Positions 1 to 8,660 of a stretch of DNA of 64,000 nt are shown piece by piece. Both the position numbers and the translations under genes were made by a program. Each line of letters starts with the position of its first letter. The first letter of the stretch is position 1. Source of the DNA: Patescibacteria group bacterium (GTDB lineage Bacteria; Patescibacteriota; Microgenomatia; UBA12405); assembly GCA_050943115.1 (NCBI GenBank), contig JBMNON010000004.1, positions 2,447 through 66,446 on the forward strand. Reading direction: 5' to 3'. The notes below the pieces were generated by a model. The model saw only the letters and a program-made list of their open reading frames with translations, was not told the origin of the DNA and searched no databases.

Positions 1-670
1 ACGCCGACCCTTCGATTGATTCGGCCAGGTTATTGCCGCTATCGGCGACAACAGTCACTTTATTACTTAAGTTGGCTACATTTTTATTGCTGATAAGAAG
101 TAGGTTTTTCTCATCTTCAGCAACCTGGTTCCCGCCGATTTCTCCCCAAACCTTGTTCATGTCAATATCCTGATAGTTCCCACTGAAGTTATTTAAAAAG
201 AAATACCTGTAGTTACTGCCGTCAAAATTACTGTTTATGATATTTATTAAATTAGCCCAGGCGGCGGCATCGCCTGTTACGATTTGTACATTATCTCCCG
301 TAATGGATTCATTGTTTCCGGTACTAGACTGGTTAATGGTTTCATTGTTAACATCCGCCTCATTTATATTTTCGGTATCTGTCGGTGTCGGACTGATCTC
401 GCCTTCGTTATTTGTTCCGGTTGGTGTCAAAGTAGGTGTAATATTATCTTCTGTCACTGTTGCGGCCGCGACGTCTGACATAGTTGGAGTTGGCTCCGAC
501 GTAGTTGTAGCGTCGGGACTTGGTGTTGGTTCTTCGGTTGGAATAAGCTCTTGTGTGTCAGTCGGAGTCGGGCTTACTGATAATTCCTGAGCCCAAGCTG
601 CAAAGCCAAAATTTAAATTGAAGATTAGGCTCAGGAGGGCTAATTTTAAAAATATTTTTTTAATTTCCAT
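1..670 (-). CDS. Secreted Pro/Thr-linker protein with TGNN...TGDA repeats (3'-partial, runs off window start)
   Basis: Missing from the ORF track; translated by hand from ATG 670 and open to position 2: MEIKKIFLKLALLSLIFNLNFGFAAWA (signal peptide), a PT/acidic linker, then NEADVNNETINQSSTGNNESITGDNVQIVTGDAAAWANLINIINSN and NVANLSNKVTVVADSGNN. Confidence 0.85.
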   Translation of the reverse strand, partial: MEIKKIFLKLALLSLIFNLNFGFAAWAQELSVSPTPTDTQELIPTEEPTPSPDATTTSEPTPTMSDVAAATVTEDNITPTLTPTGTNNEGEISPTPTDTENINEADVNNETINQSSTGNNESITGDNVQIVTGDAAAWANLINIINSNFDGSNYRYFFLNNFSGNYQDIDMNKVWGEIGGNQVAEDEKNLLLISNKNVANLSNKVTVVADSGNNLAESIEGSA

Positions 671-680
671 TACATTATTC

Positions 681-704
681 GCGGTCCGTCCTGGGACGGA
701 CCGC
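681..704. other. GC-rich intergenic hairpin without U-tract (likely mRNA 3' stabiliser or partial terminator)
   Basis: GCGGTCCGTCC-TG-GGACGGACCGC is a perfect 11-bp inverted repeat 12 nt past the stop of 717..1244. Confidence 0.8.
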
Positions 705-716
705 ACTCTCGTTTAC

Positions 717-1244
717 TTAATCGTTAAAACCACTTTCCATGTAGTTGACGACAATCTCTTCGTCAATTCCGCTCACGGCATCCCCCGTGGTCATAGAGCC
801 ATCTCCTTCGACCTCGGCTTCACCTCCGGCAGAGTTAAACACTCTGGCTACATTTCTCTGGACGTTATTGCCAGTGAAAGCATAAGCAGTTGTACTGCTC
901 TTCACCAAAGCTACATTTGCTTTTAGTTGCAGACCATATTCAGGCGCATCATCAACACCAAGACGGTTAGCCCGAATGCTCTTGATAACTACAGCCTCGG
1001 CATTCCCCGTGCTCATATCTGAGTCATCAAGCTCTACTTCAGCCTCCCCACCGGGAGAACAAAGCAACGAAGCCCTATTGACTTGAAGATTGCCGCCAGT
1101 GTCTGACACAGCATTTGAATAACTCTTAATCCCGGCAAAATTGACTTGTGCGTCAATTAAGCTGGGTAAATTGAAAGCCATGGCAGGCACAGCCACTAAA
1201 GCGGTCAAAGCTGCCATAACTCCTAAAAAGGCAATTTTCTTCAT
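717..1244 (-). CDS. Small secreted two-repeat protein of unknown function
   Basis: Signal peptide ending AMA; two ~60-aa repeats NxAxxKS...TGxNxQxNxA...GGEAEVE...MxTGxA...N; AGGA SD upstream. Confidence 0.85.
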   Translation of the reverse strand: MKKIAFLGVMAALTALVAVPAMAFNLPSLIDAQVNFAGIKSYSNAVSDTGGNLQVNRASLLCSPGGEAEVELDDSDMSTGNAEAVVIKSIRANRLGVDDAPEYGLQLKANVALVKSSTTAYAFTGNNVQRNVARVFNSAGGEAEVEGDGSMTTGDAVSGIDEEIVVNYMESGFND

Positions 1245-1307
1245 AATTTCCTAAAAAATTTATAATTATTTGAAAAGGTTCGTTTTATTTTATAAAGTAT
1301 GTTTTCT

Positions 1308-1329
1308 TCACATAACCATCTACCTCCTC
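1308..1329 (-). promoter_or_regulatory. Upstream strong SD (GAGGAGGT) followed by ATG-TGA start-stop element
   Basis: Minus strand reads GAGGAGGT-agatggtt-ATG-TGA (SD 1329-1322, ATG 1313-1311, TGA 1310-1308), ending 63 nt upstream of the 1244 start. Confidence 0.55.
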
Positions 1330-1399
1330 GTAAGTAAAAATTATTACTGACTTACTTCTTCTATCTTCAAACTTAAATGTGGTAAATAAATCAGAAAAT

Positions 1400-1418
1400 T
1401 GTAATAAAAGTGTAATAA
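1400..1418. promoter_or_regulatory. 11-bp-period direct repeat, OmpR/WalR-box-like
   Basis: TGTAAT-aaaag-TGTAAT (TGTAATAA at 1400 and 1411) in the divergent intergenic region. Confidence 0.4.
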
Positions 1419-1471
1419 GAAATACCAAAAAACGTCAAGCCAATTTTTCTCTTTACTGATAAAATAAGTTT

Positions 1472-3148
1472 GTGTTGAAAACAGTAAAAATTGCCGGTCC
1501 GGCTGGGTTGGGAATTAAATCCAGTGGCCAGGTTTTATCACGGTCTCTTATTATCCATGGTTTTAACGTTGTTGATTACAGTGAATATCCCTCCCTTGTC
1601 AGGGGTGGTCACAATACCTATCAATGTAGTTTTACCCGGGAAGATTTATACGCGGTTCACGGGATTATTGACTATTTTTTTTCCGTAAGACCAGGTCATT
1701 GGCAGGAGCATTCAAAAGAATTTAGCAACAAAACCCTAATTTTTACAGAAGATATAGAATCTAAGCCGGAGAAGGGGATTCTCCTTCATCTGCCACTCAA
1801 AGACTTATCCTCAGAAGCTGGCAGTGCTCTGGCTACCAACACTGTTTGTCTGGGAGTGATTTCAAGCCTACTTAAACTTGATAAGGTTCTTTTCCTCGGG
1901 GAGATCAAAAAACAATACCCGCGATATGCCGAACTTAATCAAAAAGCATTTGAAGTTGGTTTTGACTATTCAGAAAAAAATTTTTCAAAATACATAATTG
2001 ATCTGAAAATACCCAAAAAAGCCCAAAAGAACAACAGCCTTCACGATGGTAATGAATCTTTCGGTTGGGGTTTTCTAAAAGGAGGCGGGAATTTCTACGC
2101 TGCTTACCCCATGACTCCTGCCACAGGTACCCTCCATTTTTTGGCAGAAAAACAAAAAGAAAACAAAATTAAAGTTCTCCATCCCGAAGACGAAATTGCT
2201 GCTTCCAATATGGCTGCCGGAGCTGCCATGGCCGGAGCCAGAGTCGCTGTCGGCACCTCCGGAGGAGGATTTGCCCTGATGAATGAAACGGTGAGTTTTT
2301 GTGGAATAGCTGAAATAGGGGTTGTTTTTTATCTGGTTTCCCGTCCGGGTCCCGCTACCGGTCTTCCTACCTGGACTTCCCAGGCGGATCTTCTCCATGC
2401 TATTTACTCTGGCCATGGCGAGTTTCCAAAAGTTGTCCTGGCTCCCGGGGATTGGCAGGAATCATTTGAATTTGGTATTGAAGCTTTAAATTTGGTCGAC
2501 AAACTCCAGACTCCGGTGATAGTATTAAGTGACAAGCTTCTTGGCGAATCTTCGCGGAACACCTCGGACTTTTCATCAAAAAAGGCAACGGTGGATAGGG
2601 GAAAGTTAGTTAAAGATGCTCCTCGTGATTATAAAAGATACCAATTGGCCAAAGATGGCATTTCACCCCGGACTCTTCCGGGAACTGTAAATGGAGAATT
2701 CCTGTCAAATAGCTACGAGCATGATGAATATGGATATGCAACCGAAAATGCAATTGTGGCCAAATCCCAAATGGACAAAAGGGCTTTAAAGTTGCTTCAG
2801 GCTCAAAAGCTGGCACCTAAAGTTAATTTTTTTGGCGATCAAAAAGCAAAAAACTTAATCATCTCCTGGGGTTCGACCAAAGGTCCCATATTAGAATCCT
2901 TTAAGTTAATGAAGAACCCCAAAGATTTTGCCTTTCTCCAGATTCGCACACTAAATCCGATTAATCCCAATATCAAACACATTATTAATTCCTTTAAGAC
3001 CACAATTGTTATCGAGAACAATCAATATTCACAATTAGTCACCCTTTTAAAATCCCAGTTCGATTTTAACCCCACAGATGCATTACTAAAATATGATGGC
3101 CGACCCTTTATGCCAGAAGAAATTTATGAACAACTTAAATCAATATAA
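1472..3148 (+). CDS. korA: 2-oxoacid:ferredoxin oxidoreductase alpha subunit (gamma-alpha fusion)
   Basis: GPAGLGI, EYPSLVRGGHN, YPMTPAT, EDEIAA, TSGGGF, RPGPATGLPT, ISWGST, KYDGRPF motifs; extended -10 TGaTAAAAT 6 nt before GTG. Confidence 0.93.
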   Translation: MLKTVKIAGPAGLGIKSSGQVLSRSLIIHGFNVVDYSEYPSLVRGGHNTYQCSFTREDLYAVHGIIDYFFSVRPGHWQEHSKEFSNKTLIFTEDIESKPEKGILLHLPLKDLSSEAGSALATNTVCLGVISSLLKLDKVLFLGEIKKQYPRYAELNQKAFEVGFDYSEKNFSKYIIDLKIPKKAQKNNSLHDGNESFGWGFLKGGGNFYAAYPMTPATGTLHFLAEKQKENKIKVLHPEDEIAASNMAAGAAMAGARVAVGTSGGGFALMNETVSFCGIAEIGVVFYLVSRPGPATGLPTWTSQADLLHAIYSGHGEFPKVVLAPGDWQESFEFGIEALNLVDKLQTPVIVLSDKLLGESSRNTSDFSSKKATVDRGKLVKDAPRDYKRYQLAKDGISPRTLPGTVNGEFLSNSYEHDEYGYATENAIVAKSQMDKRALKLLQAQKLAPKVNFFGDQKAKNLIISWGSTKGPILESFKLMKNPKDFAFLQIRTLNPINPNIKHIINSFKTTIVIENNQYSQLVTLLKSQFDFNPTDALLKYDGRPFMPEEIYEQLKSI

Positions 3149-3752
3149 AACCAATATTACACCGACTTGGTGTCCCGGATGCGGTAACTTTTTGGTCTAT
3201 GCCGCTATTCGCACTGCCCTGATAAAACAAAACATTCCCCAAGAATCCCTGTTTATTACTTATGACATTGGTTGTGCCGGAAACATGGCTGATTTTATTA
3301 AGTCCTATGGTGTCCACACCCTCCATGGCCGGGCAGTCCCTGTTGCTATGGGTGCCAAAATCGCCAATTCTAAACTTGTGGTTTGTGTTATCGGCGGTGA
3401 CGGTGGCCTTTATGGTGAGGGTCTAAACCACCTTATTGCCGCTGCCCGTCTCAATATCGATATAAAAGTCTTTGTTTCCAATAACTACTTATACAGTCTT
3501 ACCACCGGTCAAGCTAGTCCGACAACCCCAAAAGGGGCTGCTACCAAATCCACTCCTCTTGGAGTTGAAAGCGAGCCCATAGATGCCCTAAAACTCTTGA
3601 AGTCTGTCAATAAAGGGTTGTTTTTGGAGAGAGTCGACGGCAGAGATCATTTCAATTTAAACAAGGCCATCCTTGGAGCTTTTGATCACCAGGGTTTTGC
3701 CCTGGTAGATATCATTCAGGAGTGCATCGCTTTTGGAAAACAACTAAAGTAA
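3126..3752 (+). CDS. korB: 2-oxoacid:ferredoxin oxidoreductase beta subunit (TPP-binding, short C-terminus)
   Basis: TWCPGCG, DIGC, HTLHGRA, GGDG...NN, TTGQASPT; start moved to ATG 3126. Confidence 0.92.
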   Translation: MNNLNQYKTNITPTWCPGCGNFLVYAAIRTALIKQNIPQESLFITYDIGCAGNMADFIKSYGVHTLHGRAVPVAMGAKIANSKLVVCVIGGDGGLYGEGLNHLIAAARLNIDIKVFVSNNYLYSLTTGQASPTTPKGAATKSTPLGVESEPIDALKLLKSVNKGLFLERVDGRDHFNLNKAILGAFDHQGFALVDIIQECIAFGKQLK

Positions 3753-3822
3753 TCTATCAAAAGATATCATTATCTAGATAAGGTGTTAAAATACACACAA
3801 TAATTGTAAAATATGGGAGATA

Positions 3823-5145
3823 ATGATTACTAAAACTTTAAAAGCCTTTCTTATACCCCTCCCTTTTTTATTTTTGTATATATTATTATCAAATATTCCT
3901 TCCGCTGTTAACAGCGTCGAGGATTGCCTTTCTGGTGAGTTTAAGTTGGACAACTGGAAAGACTCTGATAAAAACGTAAACAAAAATTGGTCGGATACGC
4001 CCGGTTTCAACTGTTCTTATGGTATTCAGGCAGCCGACATCCAAATAAAAGCCGGAGATGGCACCTATTTTGAGGCAAGCTCCTGTTACGGCATAAGCTG
4101 GGATCAATCGTCTTGGTCTGCATGGGAAAAATGGCAGGGGGACGATAAAGGCACTGAGTGCAAGGATACCGTACAATGGTATTGTAAGTGCCCGCCCCAA
4201 CCGCCCACATCAACTCCTACAAACACACCCACCTCGACTTCTACTCCGACTCCAGATCCCACTTCCACCCCCACTCCGACACCTACCAACACCCCATTAC
4301 CAACATCAACACCGTCACCGCTACCGACTCCGACACCTACTCCTACAAACACACCCACCTCGACTTCTACTCCGACTCCAGATCCCACTTCCACCCCCAC
4401 TCCGACACCAAACAATACCCAAACACCAACTCAAACCCCTATTGCCACGCCAACTAAAACTGTCACACCTACCCCCACGCACACTCCAACCCCGACAAAT
4501 ACACCCGTCAGTAATCCCACCCCTACAGCCACCGACACTCCCTCAAGTAGCTCGGAGCCCACTTCTACTCCTCCAGCTGTTGGAGGCGACAACCCCATTG
4601 TTACTTCTATCACTAAAACTTCCACCCCTCAGGTTTTGGGAGCATCACAAAACTTTAATCCGATTATCGAATCAATCAAAAAATCCCTTGTCGGCCAGGT
4701 TCTGGGAACCTCTTTTTTAGCCAACACCTCTGCTCCCTTTAGCCCCCAGGAAAAAATGCCCTCCTCAAACCTCCCTACAGACGGTTCCATCCTTATTCCC
4801 AAGATTGGTCTTTCTCAGCCTTTATATCAGTCTGCCAGAATAGGACAGGAATTTCTTGTCGGTGACCATGAAGTTCTGTTGGCAGAAGTTGATAATACCA
4901 CTTTGATTTACGGTCACAATAGCCCGAAAATATTCGGAAACTTGTATAGGCTGAAATCCGGTGACGCAGTAATCGTAGATATGGGAGACTATTTTGAAAA
5001 TTATATTATTTCTTCCAAGCATTTTGTCCACCAATCCGATGCCGACTTCCTAAAAATTGCCGATCAGGACAATATCGTACTTATGACTTGCAGTTATTCT
5101 AAACCTGAATATCGGCACATATTTATTGCTACCAAAACCAGATGA
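3823..5145 (+). CDS. Cys-rich / Pro-Thr stalk surface protein with C-terminal sortase domain
   Basis: N-terminal hydrophobic segment, 6-Cys domain, long PT stalk, then ILIPKIG...IYGHNS...[11 protein letters not shown]...LMTC...YR (His/Cys/Arg sortase triad). Confidence 0.85.
   Translation: MITKTLKAFLIPLPFLFLYILLSNIPSAVNSVEDCLSGEFKLDNWKDSDKNVNKNWSDTPGFNCSYGIQAADIQIKAGDGTYFEASSCYGISWDQSSWSAWEKWQGDDKGTECKDTVQWYCKCPPQPPTSTPTNTPTSTSTPTPDPTSTPTPTPTNTPLPTSTPSPLPTPTPTPTNTPTSTSTPTPDPTSTPTPTPNNTQTPTQTPIATPTKTVTPTPTHTPTPTNTPVSNPTPTATDTPSSSSEPTSTPPAVGGDNPIVTSITKTSTPQVLGASQNFNPIIESIKKSLVGQVLGTSFLANTSAPFSPQEKMPSSNLPTDGSILIPKIGLSQPLYQSARIGQEFLVGDHEVLLAEVDNTTLIYGHNSPKIFGNLYRLKSGDAVIVDMGDYFENYIISSKHFVHQSDADFLKIADQDNIVLMTCSYSKPEYRHIFIATKTR
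4213..4409 (+). repeat. 71-bp exact direct repeat within the PT stalk
   Basis: 4213-4283 is identical to 4339-4409; period 126 bp (42 codons). Confidence 0.9.
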
Positions 5146-5681
5146 AAAAAATAATCAGATACATTATCCCGGTATTTTTACTTATAGTTTTACTTTTTCT
5201 AGTTGTCCGGTCCCAAGATAGTTCTAAAGATACTCCGGAAAGCAACAACTTGACGACAGAAAATCAATTAATTTTGCCTGAATCCTGGTTTTACTCAGAA
5301 GATAATCAAGGTGCGACTCTAAAGATTGAAAAGCTTTCGGACAATGATGTCAGACCGGGAATTATCTTATTAGAATCCGATCTGCCGCCTGAGATTACTC
5401 CAAAAACTTACGTTGATAATTTAATAAAAGGTGCCCGCTCCACCCTTCCCAGTCTAAAAATTATTTCCGATAAAGAATCTGTTGAAAACTATTATCTCCG
5501 AAGTTTTAATTCCAGCTACACTATTAATGGTCAAAAAATAAATATAATCCAAAGAATATACGTAATCGACTCGCAGGTTTATACCCTTACAGCTTCGTAT
5601 CTCCCCGTGGAAGCCAGTATAGAATCCGATGTCGAGCAGATTTTTAATTCCATTTTTCAGTCCGAAATCATTTCCAATTAA
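5142..5681 (+). CDS. Membrane-anchored PsbP/DcrB-like protein
   Basis: N-terminal TM, LPESW motif, C-terminal [15 protein letters not shown]...EQIFNS pattern; ATGA overlap with the sortase gene. Confidence 0.55.
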   Translation: MKKIIRYIIPVFLLIVLLFLVVRSQDSSKDTPESNNLTTENQLILPESWFYSEDNQGATLKIEKLSDNDVRPGIILLESDLPPEITPKTYVDNLIKGARSTLPSLKIISDKESVENYYLRSFNSSYTINGQKINIIQRIYVIDSQVYTLTASYLPVEASIESDVEQIFNSIFQSEIISN

Positions 5682-6240
5682 CCAGCTGCCACCATCTTTC
5701 TACAAACTCCTGCCTCCTGTTCTGGTAATCAAGATAATAGGCATGTTCCCAGACATCGAGCACCAAAATCGGCTCCCAGTCATTTAAAGCCAACAAATTA
5801 TGCTTCTCTACTTGTCCTATCAAAAGATCGTTTTCAAAATTTTTCCATAATACGACCCAACCCGACCCCTCAACACTAACCGCCGCTTGACTGAATTCTT
5901 TCTTAAAAGTTTCAAAACTGCCAAAATTCCTTTCCAGGTTTTCCCGGACTTCTCCTTCCGGTTCATTATTTTCTTGAGGTGGCCTCATGCTTTGCCAAAA
6001 TATATCGTGAAAAATGACTCCGTTCAAATTGAAACTTAAATCTTTAAGCAACCCCTTCAATTGTATGCTGTCATCGCCATTGCGGAACTTTTCCAGCTTT
6101 TCCAGGTCCTGATTAGTATTATTCACGTATGAGGCATGATGCAAATCATGGTGAATCTCCAACTGCCTCTTTGAGATAACCGGTTCCAATGCATCATATT
6201 CATAGGGTAGGGGAGTTAGCGTGTAGTTTTTGACTGTCAT
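5668..6240 (-). CDS. sod: Fe/Mn superoxide dismutase
   Basis: LPYEYDALEP, HHDLHHASYV, FHDIFW, GSGW, DVWEHAYY; start moved to ATG 6240. Confidence 0.95.
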   Translation of the reverse strand: MTVKNYTLTPLPYEYDALEPVISKRQLEIHHDLHHASYVNNTNQDLEKLEKFRNGDDSIQLKGLLKDLSFNLNGVIFHDIFWQSMRPPQENNEPEGEVRENLERNFGSFETFKKEFSQAAVSVEGSGWVVLWKNFENDLLIGQVEKHNLLALNDWEPILVLDVWEHAYYLDYQNRRQEFVERWWQLVNWK

Positions 6241-6301
6241 ATAATATAGTAAGCAACTAATAATCTTTTTAAATGATAAAGAAATTAAGTAAGAATAACG
6301 T

Positions 6302-6949
6302 ATGAAAATTGACAAAAGTCGGACATACACTCCTGCTGCGATTATTTTAACCTCTTTCATTGTAGCCTTATATTTTTATCCGAAAGCACCCGATACTATG
6401 GCTACCCACTGGGGTATCGGCGGTCAGGCGAATGGCTATTCATCAAAAGCATTTGCTCTTTTTTTCATGCCCGTCCTGTCTTTGATTTTGTTAGCCCCTT
6501 TATTGCTTTTACCAAGTATCGATCCTTATAAGTCGAATCTTAAGAGGTTCTCCAAATACTTTTATAACTTTATCAACCTACTTTATATCTTCCTTTTTTA
6601 TTTGTATTCTTTGACAATTATTTGGAATCTTAATACTAGATTCAATCTAATTCAGGCCCTAGTTCCTGCTTTTGCCATCCTTTTTTATTACTCCGGAGTA
6701 CTTCTTGGACGCGCCCAAAGAAACTGGTTTGTCGGCATTCGTACACCTTGGACATTAATAAACGAAAAAGTTTGGGACAGTACCCACCGGCTTGCCTCGA
6801 AATTATTTAAGCTTACTTCTCTTATTTCTTTACTTGGTTTGATTGTTCCCAAGTTTGCTTTTATTCTCCTGGTAGTGCCAGTTGTGTTGGTATCTTTTTA
6901 CCTCTTTGTTTATTCATACCAAGAGTATCAAAAAATTAATCAATCCTAA
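6302..6949 (+). CDS. SdpI-family membrane protein (DUF1648 + SdpI)
   Basis: P..MATHWGIGGQANG, RNWFVGIRTPWTL..EKVWDSTHR motifs; about 6 TM segments. Confidence 0.85.
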   Translation: MKIDKSRTYTPAAIILTSFIVALYFYPKAPDTMATHWGIGGQANGYSSKAFALFFMPVLSLILLAPLLLLPSIDPYKSNLKRFSKYFYNFINLLYIFLFYLYSLTIIWNLNTRFNLIQALVPAFAILFYYSGVLLGRAQRNWFVGIRTPWTLINEKVWDSTHRLASKLFKLTSLISLLGLIVPKFAFILLVVPVVLVSFYLFVYSYQEYQKINQS

Positions 6950-6963
6950 GGGTATAATAAGGC

Positions 6964-7722
6964 GTGGTCATAATCAAAAACAAAAAACAAATTGAAGGGA
7001 TTAGAAAGTCGTGCATCTTGGCAACTAGAACATTGAAGTATTTATCCGCCTTTGTAAAACCGGGGATGTCGACACTGGAAATTAACGACCTAGGCCACCA
7101 GTTTATAACAAAACATGGGGCCATTCCGGCCCCCTTGGGTTATGGAGGTTTTCCCCGAAGCATTTGCACATCAATAAATAATGTTGTTTGTCACGGGATT
7201 CCGTCGGAAAAGGAAACTCTCAAACAAGGAGATATAATCAACATTGATGTCACCACCATCCTCGACGGTTATTACGGTGACGTTTCCGAGAGCTATCCGG
7301 TTGGTAAAATTTCTACAGAAGCCGAGCTCCTTTTAAAGAGAACCAAGCACGCCTTGGATTTATCAATATCTTGCCTCAAACCCGACAAGTATCTTAACGA
7401 CTGTGTCGGTCGAACCATTCAGGAATATGTCGAACAATTTGGCTACAGCGTAGTTCGGGAGTTGGGAGGTCACGGAGTCGGACTCAAGTTCCACGAAGAT
7501 CCTTTCGTTTTTCACTTTAGGACAAACAGGGATAATATTCTGCTTAAACCGGGCATGGTTTTTACTATAGAACCGATGGTCAATGCTTCACCGGACTACT
7601 CGATTAATATTGATAAGTTGGACGGTTGGACTGTCAGGACTAAAAGCGGGGATCTATCGGCACAATTCGAACATACGGTATTAATTACTCCAAAGGGAAG
7701 CGAAATATTAACCAGGATATAA
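6964..7722 (+). CDS. map: Methionine aminopeptidase type I
   Basis: CTSINNVVCHGIP, DIINIDVT, GHGVG, FTIEPM, SAQFEHT. Confidence 0.96.
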   Translation: MVIIKNKKQIEGIRKSCILATRTLKYLSAFVKPGMSTLEINDLGHQFITKHGAIPAPLGYGGFPRSICTSINNVVCHGIPSEKETLKQGDIINIDVTTILDGYYGDVSESYPVGKISTEAELLLKRTKHALDLSISCLKPDKYLNDCVGRTIQEYVEQFGYSVVRELGGHGVGLKFHEDPFVFHFRTNRDNILLKPGMVFTIEPMVNASPDYSINIDKLDGWTVRTKSGDLSAQFEHTVLITPKGSEILTRI

Positions 7723-7728
7723 TAAGTA

Positions 7729-8580
7729 ATGAAAATACTAGATGGTAAAGCTGTTTCCCAAAAAATTCTTGCCCGGATAAACGCTAATCTAAAAAGTTCG
7801 GCAAAAAATCTTAAGCTCGACATCGTCTTGGTAGGGGATGACCCGGCCAGCCATCAGTATGCTCAAATGAAAAAGAAACGCGCTGCTTCTGTTGGTATAG
7901 ATGTTCAGATCCACGAGTTTGCCACTACCGCTTCGAGTCAGGAAATCATTACCTTGATCAAGCTTCTCAACAAGGATCCGCTTGTCACCGGTATAATGGT
8001 ACAGTTACCCCTTCCCCAGCACCTTGATACTCGCGCGATTCTAAACGCGATAGACCCGGCCAAAGATGCCGACGGACTAACCTCAACCAATCTGGGACTT
8101 CTTTTTCAACGTGATCCTGATGCTATTGCCCCGGCTACCGCAGCTGGCGTTATGCTTCTTCTAAATGAATATGGAATAAAACTTAGCGGGAAAAATGCGG
8201 TAATTATTGGCAGGGGAGTTGAGGTCGGATTGCCCCTGGTTGCCCTGTTCATGGCAGCCAATGCCACTGTAACTCTTTGTCATTCATACACCCAAAATTT
8301 AATGGGTATTACCAAAAAAGCTGATATTCTGATATCGGCCGTTGGCAAATCAAAGTTAATCACTCGGAACCATGTAAAAAAGGGTGCTATTGTTATTGAT
8401 ATCGGTCTTTCACCTGATCCTGACACCGGTAAGTTGGTGGGGGATATTGACTTTGAATCGGTAGCTTCCAGGATATCTTATATTACACCGGTTCCCGGAG
8501 GCATAGGCCCCATGACCATCGCTACACTTTTATCCAATACTTGGCTAATATTTCAAAGAAACCGTAGCAAAACGTCGTAA
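7729..8580 (+). CDS. folD: Methylenetetrahydrofolate dehydrogenase/cyclohydrolase
   Basis: VGDDPAS..Y, GIMVQLPLP, KDADG, TPVPGGIGPMT. Confidence 0.96.
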   Translation: MKILDGKAVSQKILARINANLKSSAKNLKLDIVLVGDDPASHQYAQMKKKRAASVGIDVQIHEFATTASSQEIITLIKLLNKDPLVTGIMVQLPLPQHLDTRAILNAIDPAKDADGLTSTNLGLLFQRDPDAIAPATAAGVMLLLNEYGIKLSGKNAVIIGRGVEVGLPLVALFMAANATVTLCHSYTQNLMGITKKADILISAVGKSKLITRNHVKKGAIVIDIGLSPDPDTGKLVGDIDFESVASRISYITPVPGGIGPMTIATLLSNTWLIFQRNRSKTS

Positions 8581-8660
8581 AAAACAATTCCAAAAATATC
8601 ATAGCACATATCATAATTGCAGCCTTTTATACGAAATTACTACCTGTTATCTTAGTAGAA

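Noticed and set aside
237-590. Val/Gly-rich + strand ORF
   Set aside because: Antisense shadow of the PT linker of the real minus-strand gene 1..670
3770-3781. TTATCTAGATAA palindrome upstream of the sortase gene
   Set aside because: Short, AT-rich and single copy; cannot be told from chance
4104-4625. GV-repeat minus-strand ORFs and a possible CRISPR-like repeat
   Set aside because: Antisense of Thr-Pro codons; the repeats are in-frame coding with no unique spacers and no cas genes
6241-6360. N-terminal extension of sod in the ORF track (likewise korB 3093, gatC 28936, alr 38736, nusA 45568, udg 52909)
   Set aside because: The extensions overlap neighbours or leaders; homology and -10/SD positions support the downstream starts
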